This document shows, piece after piece, positions 47,818-55,734 of a DNA stretch of 64,000 bases (positions are counted from its first letter, which is position 1; every line of letters starts with the position of its first letter). Under the pieces are notes generated by a model, which was not told where the DNA came from, did no database searches, and worked only from the letters and a program-made list of their open reading frames with translations. Position numbers and translations under genes: made by a program. Source of the stretch: a virus (Duplodnaviria; Caudoviricetes); the IMG/VR virus record IMGVR_UViG_3300047321_000093, positions 1,740 to 65,739 of that record. One strand, written 5' to 3'.

Positions 47818-48093
47818 ATGACGCGTCGTCTGACAGAAAGCCAAATCGGCGAGATTTGGAATGCAATGCCGGGAGGCGACAAAGGTTTCCTCGTCGAATG
47901 GGGATATATGCAGTTTGCCCGGTCGATTGAGCGCGCCATACGGGGCCCCGAAGACCAAGACGGCCAAGGCAGGAAGGCGGTCATGGCCGAACTGGAATGG
48001 GCCATCGCCAATAACGAGGATCGCCCGCGAACTGAGGCGGCGTTGCGGTGGGCGCTTGAAGCGCTTGAGGAAATGGACGAGGTGAAACTATGA
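47818..48093 (+). CDS. Hypothetical protein
   Basis: GGAGG SD; LTESQI...FARSIE. Confidence 0.6.
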   Translation: MTRRLTESQIGEIWNAMPGGDKGFLVEWGYMQFARSIERAIRGPEDQDGQGRKAVMAELEWAIANNEDRPRTEAALRWALEALEEMDEVKL

Positions 48094-48226
48094 CCGCCTA
48101 CCTACTAATCGGCCTGTGCTTCTCACTCATGGAGTCGCAAGGCAGGCGTCCATCGATCAGCCTTGTATTGCTGTGGCCTATGGCGGTCGCGGCGATCTCG
48201 GGGAGTGTGGTTTTGGGGGATGAACT

Positions 48227-48934
48227 GTGAAAGAGAGACCGATTTTGTTTAGCGGCCCGATGGTGCGCGCACTGCTCGACGGCAGCAAGACGCAGACGCG
48301 GCGAGTCATGAAGCGCCAGCCGTACATCAGCCATTCAAACCCGCCTCGCTTTAGCGACGTGGAGGCTGGCGATTTGTTCGTTTGCCCGGATTTTTGCCCC
48401 ACGACACCGCAACGTCTCAGCGTCATTGCCGAGTGTGAAAGGCCGGGCGTCTATCACTGCATGGGCCAGAGGCAGTTCGCGGAAAAGCATTCGCCGTACG
48501 GCGTGCCCGGCGACCGTCTGTGGGTGCGCGAGACGTTCCAGGGGCCGATGTGGGAAGAAGGAACATGGGATCCGGACACGGACCATCACAAGCCGGAATT
48601 CTGCGAATACCGCGCCGACGGTGGACCCATGCCCGAATACGTCGACTTCGAAGACAACCTGCACCAAGGCTGGAAGCCGTCCATCCACATGCCGCGCTGG
48701 GCGTCGCGCATCACGCTCGAAGTCACTGGCGTGCGCGTCGAGCGCTTGCAGGAGATCAGCCAAGCAGATGCAGAAGCCGAGGGGATCGACTTCCTTCGGC
48801 ACGTTCCCGATGCTGACGAGACCCTGACGCCGCGCGAACTGTACATGTGCCTTTGGGATGGACTTAAGCCATCCGCCGGTGCGGCATGGCCGGACAACCC
48901 GTGGGTGTGGGTGGTGGAGTTCAAACGGGCATGA
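48227..48934 (+). CDS. ASCH/PUA-like phage protein
   Basis: ERPILFS..MVRA.L.G.KTQTRR...GDRLWVRE...PSIHMPRWASRI...NPWVWV. Confidence 0.85.
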   Translation: MKERPILFSGPMVRALLDGSKTQTRRVMKRQPYISHSNPPRFSDVEAGDLFVCPDFCPTTPQRLSVIAECERPGVYHCMGQRQFAEKHSPYGVPGDRLWVRETFQGPMWEEGTWDPDTDHHKPEFCEYRADGGPMPEYVDFEDNLHQGWKPSIHMPRWASRITLEVTGVRVERLQEISQADAEAEGIDFLRHVPDADETLTPRELYMCLWDGLKPSAGAAWPDNPWVWVVEFKRA

Positions 48935-49278
48935 TCGAAGCAGCACAATGGGTCATCGAAGCGACCCGCCAACACTGGGAGCCAGCGATGGAACGACGAG
49001 AAGTAATCGACCTGTTCGGCGAAACGGTCGTGCTCGAGATTAGCGAGGCGAAGGGAATCCGCAAGCCGACGAGACCGAACGGGTATGCAGCGCCGCCGGG
49101 GACCGGGCCGGCCGGCGAGACTTGCAAAAGTTGTGAGCATGCCGTCAGGACTAGCGGCAGCACAGCCGGAAAATACCGCAAGTGCCTACTGATGCAAGCA
49201 CATTGGACGGGCGGTCCGGGTAGCGACATTTTGTTTCGGTCGCCGGCTTGTCGGCATTGGGAGAGGGAGAAAGAATGA
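48931..49278 (+). CDS. Hypothetical protein
   Basis: GYAAPPGTGPAGETCKSC...WTGGPGSDI. Confidence 0.7.
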   Translation: MIEAAQWVIEATRQHWEPAMERREVIDLFGETVVLEISEAKGIRKPTRPNGYAAPPGTGPAGETCKSCEHAVRTSGSTAGKYRKCLLMQAHWTGGPGSDILFRSPACRHWEREKE

Positions 49279-49496
49279 TGGCAGCACAACTGATCCCGCT
49301 CAGTGCATGGGCGGAAGTGATATTCGGCGATCACATGCCACACCGCCACACGCTGAGGAATTGGGTCAACAATGGCAAGATACGGCCTATGCCGATCAAG
49401 GTTGGTCGCACCTACTTCTGCAGGCCTGACGCGGAGTACGTCGATCCGGTGGCAGACGAGATCAACAGGATGACCAATGGCAGCAAGGCGGCGTAA
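49275..49496 (+). CDS. xis: Excisionase
   Basis: PL..WA...TLRNW...GKI.P.P.KVGR.Y; overlaps int. Confidence 0.85.
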   Translation: MMAAQLIPLSAWAEVIFGDHMPHRHTLRNWVNNGKIRPMPIKVGRTYFCRPDAEYVDPVADEINRMTNGSKAA

Positions 49497-50601
49497 CGCG
49501 GACCGGCGGGGCTGGCCGCCAAACCTTTACAAGAACTCGGCGGGGTACTACTGGTTCAAAAACCCCCAGGATGGCAAGACGTTCGGGCTGGGCCGCGACT
49601 TCAGGCTGGCTTCGGCCAAGGTGAAGACAGCCAACGCCGAGTTGCTGCGACGCAAAGGAGACGTGTCTCTGCTCCAGAGAATCGACGGCAACGATATTTC
49701 GCTGCGCGCATGGTGTGACACATACGAGGTCGCGCGGGCCGGCGTCAAAAAGAACACGCTAAGCGGGATCAAGGCAGCTCTGAACGCCGTCCGTGCGATG
49801 GACTTCTCGGTGCATTCAGTCGGCAAGATCACGCCTAAGCAGATAGCCGACGCGCTCAAGCAGGCGACCGCGGAACGCGGTGCGTCCTCTGCCTCGAAGC
49901 TGCGCGGAGTGTTACTAGACGTTTTCCGGGAGGCAATCGAGAACGGCCATGTCGAGGTCGGCAAGAACCCCGTTGAATCAGTTTTCAAGCCGGAGATCAC
50001 GGTAACGCGCACGCGCCTGACGCTGGACGATTACCGTCTGATTTACCAGCAGGCGACGAAGAGTCCGGCGACTCGCTGGATCGCCAACGCCATGGAATTA
50101 GCCCTGGTGAGCGGGCAACGCCGGGAAGACATCGGCAAGATGCGCTTTGACGACGTGAAGGACGGTTTTTTGTTGGTCGAGCAGGCCAAAGGCAAAGAGG
50201 GGAACCGCGCCAAGCTGCGGATTCCCGTCTCCCTTCACCTTGATGCGCTGGGCGTGAGTCTCGAGGAAGTGATTCGGAGATGCCGCGATAACGTTGTCAG
50301 CCAGTACATGATTCATCTGGTGCAAAAGACCAGCCTTGCGTCACCCGGCGATACGCCGAACCTGCAATACATCAGCGGAGCATTCGCAAGAATGCGCGAC
50401 GCCGCAGAACTCACGGTCGAGCCTGGCCGGACCCCGCCAACCTTCCACGAACTGCGATCCTTGGCCGCTCGACTCTATGCCGAGCAGTATGGCGCCGAAT
50501 TCGCGCAAGCATTGCTCGGCCACAAGTCGGCGGAAATGACCGCGCTTTACCGTGATTCGCGCGGCCGGGAATGGACTGAAATCAAGCTTAACGCCGGATG
50601 A
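49477..50601 (+). CDS. int: Tyrosine integrase (lambda-like)
   Basis: N-terminal arm-binding domain; GQRREDI, HELRS, LLGH, catalytic Y. Confidence 0.95.
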   Translation: MAARRRNADRRGWPPNLYKNSAGYYWFKNPQDGKTFGLGRDFRLASAKVKTANAELLRRKGDVSLLQRIDGNDISLRAWCDTYEVARAGVKKNTLSGIKAALNAVRAMDFSVHSVGKITPKQIADALKQATAERGASSASKLRGVLLDVFREAIENGHVEVGKNPVESVFKPEITVTRTRLTLDDYRLIYQQATKSPATRWIANAMELALVSGQRREDIGKMRFDDVKDGFLLVEQAKGKEGNRAKLRIPVSLHLDALGVSLEEVIRRCRDNVVSQYMIHLVQKTSLASPGDTPNLQYISGAFARMRDAAELTVEPGRTPPTFHELRSLAARLYAEQYGAEFAQALLGHKSAEMTALYRDSRGREWTEIKLNAG

Positions 50602-50606
50602 CCAAT

Positions 50607-50870
50607 TGGACGAATTTTGGAAAAATTTTGGACGAGCAGGTTTTGTGTCGGGAAGGAAACCCGGCAAAGCCTTACTGGGCTTCGCTCCAGAGCTTTCCGG
50701 CGGTTGCCCAATTTTCGCGTTTCACGTCCGTCAGAAGTATATCTGGCTAAAAGAGCATTTCTCCAATGAATTCAATGGATTGAGCCGTGTTTTATAGGCG
50801 TCCACTAAGTACATTATTGGAGCGTGCTGTACCAATAGAATCAACAACGTACAAACGCGTTTTGGACGGC
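50607..50870. other. attP region
   Basis: TTGGACG arm-type repeats at about 50607, 50628 and 50862 flank a host-gene fragment. Confidence 0.7.
50672..50743 (-). pseudogene. 3' replacement fragment of a 4-oxalocrotonate tautomerase-family host gene
   Basis: DILLTDVKRENWATAGKLWSEAQ*. Confidence 0.7.
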
Positions 50871-50897
50871 AAAAAAAGCAAAGGGGGTTGCGGTAGA

Positions 50898-50913
50898 CTG
50901 TATGCCCGTACAG
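50898..50913. promoter_or_regulatory. LexA (SOS) box
   Basis: CTGT-ATGCCCGT-ACAG, 18 nt upstream of the ATG at 50932. Confidence 0.75.
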
Positions 50914-50931
50914 TGATTACCGAGCCTCGCC

Positions 50932-51132
50932 ATGGGCCTTTTCGACAGTCCAACCACCGACCGACATTGCCGGCGTTGCGAATACTGGACCGCTGACATC
51001 GCGGACGGCTCGCATATCCTCTGCATGTACGGCGGCCGGAAACAGGTTCAGGCGCAACCTGAGCGGGGATGTGTTTACTTTCTGCGATGTGTCGGGGCCG
51101 ACGACGAAGAACAACCAAAGGACAAACGATGA
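50932..51132 (+). CDS. Small Cys-rich protein
   Basis: CRRCEYW...C...GC.YF. Confidence 0.7.
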   Translation: MGLFDSPTTDRHCRRCEYWTADIADGSHILCMYGGRKQVQAQPERGCVYFLRCVGADDEEQPKDKR

Positions 51133-51500
51133 GCGATAGAGAGTTGTTGGAGAGCGCAGCTACGGCTGTAGGCATCACTGGTACTTACGCGCGGGCGCAT
51201 CAGGCATACGGAGACCAATGGATCGACGGAATCGATGCTGGCGGTCCTGTTTATTGGAATCCGCTCACAGTTGATGGCGACGCATTCCGGCTCTCCGTGG
51301 AACTCGATATCAGCGTGCGCCAGCAATTCGCGATGGTTACTGCCGAGTATCCCTGGGTTGATGACGACCTCAACACCCGGAAGGTGCTCTGCGAGGGAGT
51401 GGGCGCGCTTAATGACTATTGCGCCGCCACCCGCCGAGCTATCGTTCGTGCCGCTGCCGAGATTGGGAGTCGGGTTGACGCGCCGCAGTCCGCCGCCTGA
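51129..51500 (+). CDS. Hypothetical phage protein
   Basis: DRELLE.AA...WNPL..DGDAFRL...ATRRAIVRAAAEIG. Confidence 0.75.
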   Translation: MSDRELLESAATAVGITGTYARAHQAYGDQWIDGIDAGGPVYWNPLTVDGDAFRLSVELDISVRQQFAMVTAEYPWVDDDLNTRKVLCEGVGALNDYCAATRRAIVRAAAEIGSRVDAPQSAA

Positions 51501-51553
51501 CTGACGAATCAGGCACACCCGCTGCTAACTCCAGAGTAAGGAGGTAGTCAGCC

Positions 51554-51850
51554 ATGGACACGACACCGCACTTCAAAGACCCGCTCAAGGAGCCGCCGCT
51601 GATCCGCGCGCTGCTCAGGGCCAGGTACTATCTGACGATTCACGACGGCATGAAAGTGACTGCCGAGGGCAAATCGTGGACGCTGGATTTCGCACCGCTG
51701 CTCGCAGAGATTGACGAGGCACTGCAGAACGCCGATTACGATACGACACAGCCGATGCTCGCGCCGATCAGACCAGACGAGCTAGCCACGGACGAGGACG
51801 ATGCCGATGGACCTGAAAGCGTCGGACCTGATGCTGGCGACCCGGCATAG
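51554..51850 (+). CDS. Hypothetical protein
   Basis: AGGAGG SD. Confidence 0.6.
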   Translation: MDTTPHFKDPLKEPPLIRALLRARYYLTIHDGMKVTAEGKSWTLDFAPLLAEIDEALQNADYDTTQPMLAPIRPDELATDEDDADGPESVGPDAGDPA

Positions 51851-52439
51851 CGCGCCCTTCTCCGATCCGGACTGGCTCTTTGAACTCAAGTATGACGGCT
51901 TCCGGTGCCTGGTCATAAAGGCCGGATCGGAGGTCAAGCTGTGGAGCCGCAACGGAAATCTTTTCAACGGCTCCTTTCCCGATGTTGTTGAAGCCGTCGC
52001 GGCAGTGCCCGGCGACTTCGCGTGGGACGCGGAGCTGACGGTCGACGACGACACCGGCCGCTCTTCATTCGAGCGGCTGAGACAGCGTGCCGTCACCAAG
52101 ACACCGAAGAATGTACGTGCCGCGGCCAAGTCCGATCCGGCGAGGCTCTACGTTTTCGACGCGCTGTCGATCGACGGCGTCGACCTGCGAAGCCTGCCGC
52201 TCACCGAGCGCAAAGCGCGCCTTCGAAAATCATTCGACAATACCCGCACGATCATTTATGCAAGCGGCGTCGAGGAAGAAGGCCTGCTGGTTTTCAATGA
52301 AGTCGAAAATCTCGGGCTGGAAGGCATGGTTGCCAAGCGGCTGGACTCGACTTACCAGCGGGGTCGATCAAGAGATTGGCTTAAAATCAAATCCCAGGGG
52401 TATGGTCGGCCTGCGGCCTTGGGGTGGGGTAGGAAGTAA
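51801..52439 (+). CDS. ATP-dependent DNA ligase, adenylation domain only (LigD/LigC-like)
   Basis: ELKYDGFR, DAEL, FDAL, EGMVAK, WLKIK; no OB domain. Confidence 0.9.
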   Translation: MPMDLKASDLMLATRHSAPFSDPDWLFELKYDGFRCLVIKAGSEVKLWSRNGNLFNGSFPDVVEAVAAVPGDFAWDAELTVDDDTGRSSFERLRQRAVTKTPKNVRAAAKSDPARLYVFDALSIDGVDLRSLPLTERKARLRKSFDNTRTIIYASGVEEEGLLVFNEVENLGLEGMVAKRLDSTYQRGRSRDWLKIKSQGYGRPAALGWGRK

Positions 52440-52639
52440 CTGAAACGCGGCGAGAGCCGGCAGGGGGAGGGATGAGAGTACGGAATTCGGCGCGCTGGCG
52501 TTTGCGGCAGAAGGTCAGGCGCGCAGTCGAAACATTTGATGCGCGGCTTGCCAAGTTCGGGCTGCGACGGTTGCCGGCCGCGAAACCCATTATTGAGTAC
52601 GGAGACGCGCCGCTAGTGCGGGCTGATTGATGTGCGCTC

Positions 52640-53101
52640 ATGGGCGCTGGAGGCGGGATGGACTACGAACGGGAAAACGCAAAACTTCGGGCCTGTTTGC
52701 GCGAGATCTACCGGACGTTTCAGTACGGACCGGGCGCGTCTTCGTCGCAGGCGCCGTTCATCATGAAGATGATCGAAGAGGCGCTTGGGTGGGAAAAGCC
52801 GATGATGGGCGGCGGCGGAGGGCCGGCGACGTTTGGTGACAGTTCTACGGATGTTTCGCACGGTGGAAGCGGAGGCTGGACGCAAACCTTCACGGCTGCC
52901 ATCGAGGATAAAGTCGCTATTGGCGGCATGGGAGGCGGCGGAGGGCGGCCGGCCCCCATGCTAGCAGTGAATCTTGGCACGGCACCCCTCCCGTCAGACA
53001 TGCCCGAAACCGGCATTCACCTGGACATCAACGGGAAGTCTCGTACCGTCACGAAGGCTGAATTGCGGCGCATGATAGACGACGGCACGCTGAAGATTTG
53101 A
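52640..53101 (+). CDS. Gly-rich hypothetical protein
   Basis: Open frame; probable start at MDYERENAK. Confidence 0.45.
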   Translation: MGAGGGMDYERENAKLRACLREIYRTFQYGPGASSSQAPFIMKMIEEALGWEKPMMGGGGGPATFGDSSTDVSHGGSGGWTQTFTAAIEDKVAIGGMGGGGGRPAPMLAVNLGTAPLPSDMPETGIHLDINGKSRTVTKAELRRMIDDGTLKI

Positions 53102-53182
53102 TCGTCGCCAATGGCGAGAGAAGAGGGGTGCCGCCCGGGCCGAAGTCCGGACGGTATACAGCGGATAGATTGTTTCCGTCGT

Positions 53183-53569
53183 TTACAACTGCTGGCCTGT
53201 AGCGCCGTTCCAATGCTTGCCGCCACCGCCCATTCGGACGCCCCAATACATCAGCGCCGCACGCCACGCGGGAACGCCGGTAACGAGCGACGCCTCGCGC
53301 AGCACCTTGTCGGCGGTTGCACGGTCGACCCAGTGATAGGTGTATATAGCGTCATGGACCACTGAGGCCATCGTGCTCGTGTCGCCGCACAGCCAGTAGA
53401 CCAACGGTGCACGCGGGACTGAAGCATAGTCGCTAATAAAACCAGCGGGGACCGTGAACATCATCCCCGCCACGTCGGACTGATAGACGAGCGGCGCGGT
53501 TAAGCGCCACTTGCCATCGTCTTGCCCGGTCGCGTTTTCGACCTCCAGATCAGTCAGAAACGCGCTCAT
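53183..53569 (-). CDS. DUF1353-family protein
   Basis: VPAGF.SD.ASVPR...VVHD..Y...AD...GVR.GG. Confidence 0.85.
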   Translation of the reverse strand: MSAFLTDLEVENATGQDDGKWRLTAPLVYQSDVAGMMFTVPAGFISDYASVPRAPLVYWLCGDTSTMASVVHDAIYTYHWVDRATADKVLREASLVTGVPAWRAALMYWGVRMGGGGKHWNGATGQQL

Positions 53570-54018
53570 TGCAGCGGCGCACCAGCCAGCGGGGTCGATG
53601 CTGCGGCCGGAGCAGTGGCCACCACAGTCGGTGCAAGGCTGATCGCAATGTTGAACGCCAGCACGCCAGTATCAATCGCAGCGTCGGCGGCCTTCATCTT
53701 GTCAGGCGACAGCGACGACGAGTCTACCAGCGACTTGACGAGCGGCAGCGTTGCATTGACGAGCGACTGGAGATCCGGCTTGGCAACCGACGCACCGGCA
53801 GAGCATGCCTTGTCGACTGCGGGCTGAACGGTATCGGTCAGCGTCTTTTCTGCGCCGCCAGTGAACACACCGTCACCCTTCAGGATTGCGATCTCGCCAC
53901 TAGCAGCGCCGCACGCAATGCTGACCTGTTGAGCGAACGTGAGAGTGGGAGCGCCAGAACATGCGGAGAGAGCAAGCGCGACGAGACCCGCCGCAAGCAG
54001 CGTAAGAAGTTTTCTCAT
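53566..54018 (-). CDS. Lipoprotein (spanin candidate)
   Basis: Lipobox LSAC; hydrophobic C-terminus. Confidence 0.65.
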   Translation of the reverse strand: MRKLLTLLAAGLVALALSACSGAPTLTFAQQVSIACGAASGEIAILKGDGVFTGGAEKTLTDTVQPAVDKACSAGASVAKPDLQSLVNATLPLVKSLVDSSSLSPDKMKAADAAIDTGVLAFNIAISLAPTVVATAPAAASTPLAGAPLQ

Positions 54019-54025
54019 GGATACC

Positions 54026-54340
54026 TCAAGGAGTGATTTTGACGATGGCCGCGGCAGCTTGCCCGGCCGCTGTTGCTACATTGGAAATGACAGCGCCTTG
54101 GGCGGCAGTGGGTGCGGTAGCGCCTACGCCGGTCTCGTTGAAGTGGACCGTCACGACACCATCAGCAGATGTCGTCAGGTCGAAGGAGAGGGCGCTGATG
54201 TCTTTGGAGTTGAGCGCAACGGCTTCGCAACAGACCATGCGTTGCAAGCTGGGCTCATAGAACGGCTTCACCGAGTAGGCCGCTTGCCCTGCGCAGCCGC
54301 CTAGCGAGCAAGACAGCAGCGCGATGGCCAGGGCTTTCAC
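54026..54340 (-). CDS. Lipoprotein (spanin candidate)
   Basis: Lipobox LGGC; Ala-rich C-terminus. Confidence 0.6.
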   Translation of the reverse strand: MKALAIALLSCSLGGCAGQAAYSVKPFYEPSLQRMVCCEAVALNSKDISALSFDLTTSADGVVTVHFNETGVGATAPTAAQGAVISNVATAAGQAAAAIVKITP

Positions 54341-54540
54341 TGTGCGGGTGCAGCCTTCGCCGAGCGCGCCGCGATAACTTGTGAGAGCCAGTGCGCGCCG
54401 GCCACAATCAGCACGACGACTGCGCTTTGCACGTCAGCCGGCAACGTTGCATGAAACAGGCTGGCGACATACGAGACGACCGGCGCGACTACGGCGCCAG
54501 CGCCGACTGCTGTGGCTGTGTTGATCGGGGTTGAATTCAT
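54337..54540 (-). CDS. Holin-like two-TM protein
   Basis: Two hydrophobic helices; 67 aa. Confidence 0.55.
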   Translation of the reverse strand: MNSTPINTATAVGAGAVVAPVVSYVASLFHATLPADVQSAVVVLIVAGAHWLSQVIAARSAKAAPAQ

Positions 54541-54902
54541 GCTTGCTCCTTGTCCGATAGCGGACGGTTCTTGATCTTGTCGTGCCACGCAGCAACATCA
54601 GCACGGACATCACGATTGAAGCTCTTGAACGACCCCAAATGCCCGAATGCAAGATGACAGTTAATGCCACCTTTCTTCGCCTCGCAAAGCGTGATGAGGT
54701 TCGAAAGATCGAGTTCGAGATCGGGGTGTAAGTGGAAAGGAAAAACGTGGTGTACGTCGACGTCTTCCGAGCCGCCGCACAACTCGCAAACGGGATGCAG
54801 CGCTAGATGCTGCTTGCGAACCGTAGGCCAATGGCCGGAGCGTGCAGCAGTGATCGGATGCTTGCCTTGGGCAGAATCGACCAGGTGTTTGATGATGGGC
54901 AT
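54537..54902 (-). CDS. HNH endonuclease
   Basis: HP.CELCG...VHH......HP.L....SNLITLC...CH. Confidence 0.8.
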   Translation of the reverse strand: MPIIKHLVDSAQGKHPITAARSGHWPTVRKQHLALHPVCELCGGSEDVDVHHVFPFHLHPDLELDLSNLITLCEAKKGGINCHLAFGHLGSFKSFNRDVRADVAAWHDKIKNRPLSDKEQA

Positions 54903-54903
54903 A

Positions 54904-55317
54904 TCAATTGGCGTTCGCAATCGTCCACGACGAAACCGAAACCTGCACGCCAGTCGAGATCGTCGCCGAACCAAGGTTCAGGTCACAGCCCGACGTGCCA
55001 ACGGTGCCGTCCACGTGCGCAGTGCCGCCAGAGGTCGTCATGCGAAACCACGTGGCTAGAGTGCCGCCCGCGCCTGCTGCTGCCGTACCGGTGCCGGGCG
55101 TGATGGCGTTCAACGTTTCGACGCCGCCCGATTCCGTGCCGAAAGTTGCTCCTGCCGTCAGCGTGGCGAGCAAAACCTGAGAGGTGATCGCAGTGTCCGG
55201 GCTCGCCGGTTGCGTTCCGCTGTAGATGTTGATGAGCGCGCTTGCGCCTAAACTTGTCCGGATCGCTGCTTCTTGCGCGTTCTTCAGGACGACGCTGTAC
55301 TTGAGGTTCGTTGCCAT
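54904..55317 (-). CDS. Virion structural protein (fibre subunit candidate)
   Basis: IYSGTQPA..D...LLATL...ATWFR...DGTVG. Confidence 0.7.
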   Translation of the reverse strand: MATNLKYSVVLKNAQEAAIRTSLGASALINIYSGTQPASPDTAITSQVLLATLTAGATFGTESGGVETLNAITPGTGTAAAGAGGTLATWFRMTTSGGTAHVDGTVGTSGCDLNLGSATISTGVQVSVSSWTIANAN

Positions 55318-55335
55318 CTAAATTCCTTCGGGAAT

Positions 55336-55361
55336 AAAAAAAGCCCTCACGCGGAGGGCTT
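55336..55361 (-). terminator. Terminator-like hairpin
   Basis: AAGCCCTC/GAGGGCTT followed by a T run. Confidence 0.55.
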
Positions 55362-55380
55362 GTTCGATATGGAAGCGGGG

Positions 55381-55734
55381 TTACGCTGGACTCAGGGGCA
55401 GCATCGCTTTCAAGACCAAAATCTTGTTCGGATTCGACGTCGTGCAGGTAATCGCAATCAGGTACTGACTGCCGAAGCCGCCCGCGGATGCGACGGCCTG
55501 TACTGCCGCGCCCGGCGCAATCGTTTTTCCTGCAATGGACAGCGAAACGGTGTTGACGATGACGTTGTTGAGTTGAAGTGAGGGCGTTGCGTCGGCACCT
55601 GTCGCGGTCGTGATCTGAACCGAGGGCGTGCCCGTCAGCGTTTCGCCGGCCGCCAACATTAGCGTGGCGTCCCACGTGAGCACGGCTGACTCACGCGGGT
55701 CCTTCCAGTCGAACTGCAGCGGAATCGGCATCAT
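55381..55734 (-). CDS. Fibre adaptor-like protein
   Basis: KDP.E....TWD...GETL...Y.I..TCTTS. Confidence 0.6.
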   Translation of the reverse strand: MMPIPLQFDWKDPRESAVLTWDATLMLAAGETLTGTPSVQITTATGADATPSLQLNNVIVNTVSLSIAGKTIAPGAAVQAVASAGGFGSQYLIAITCTTSNPNKILVLKAMLPLSPA

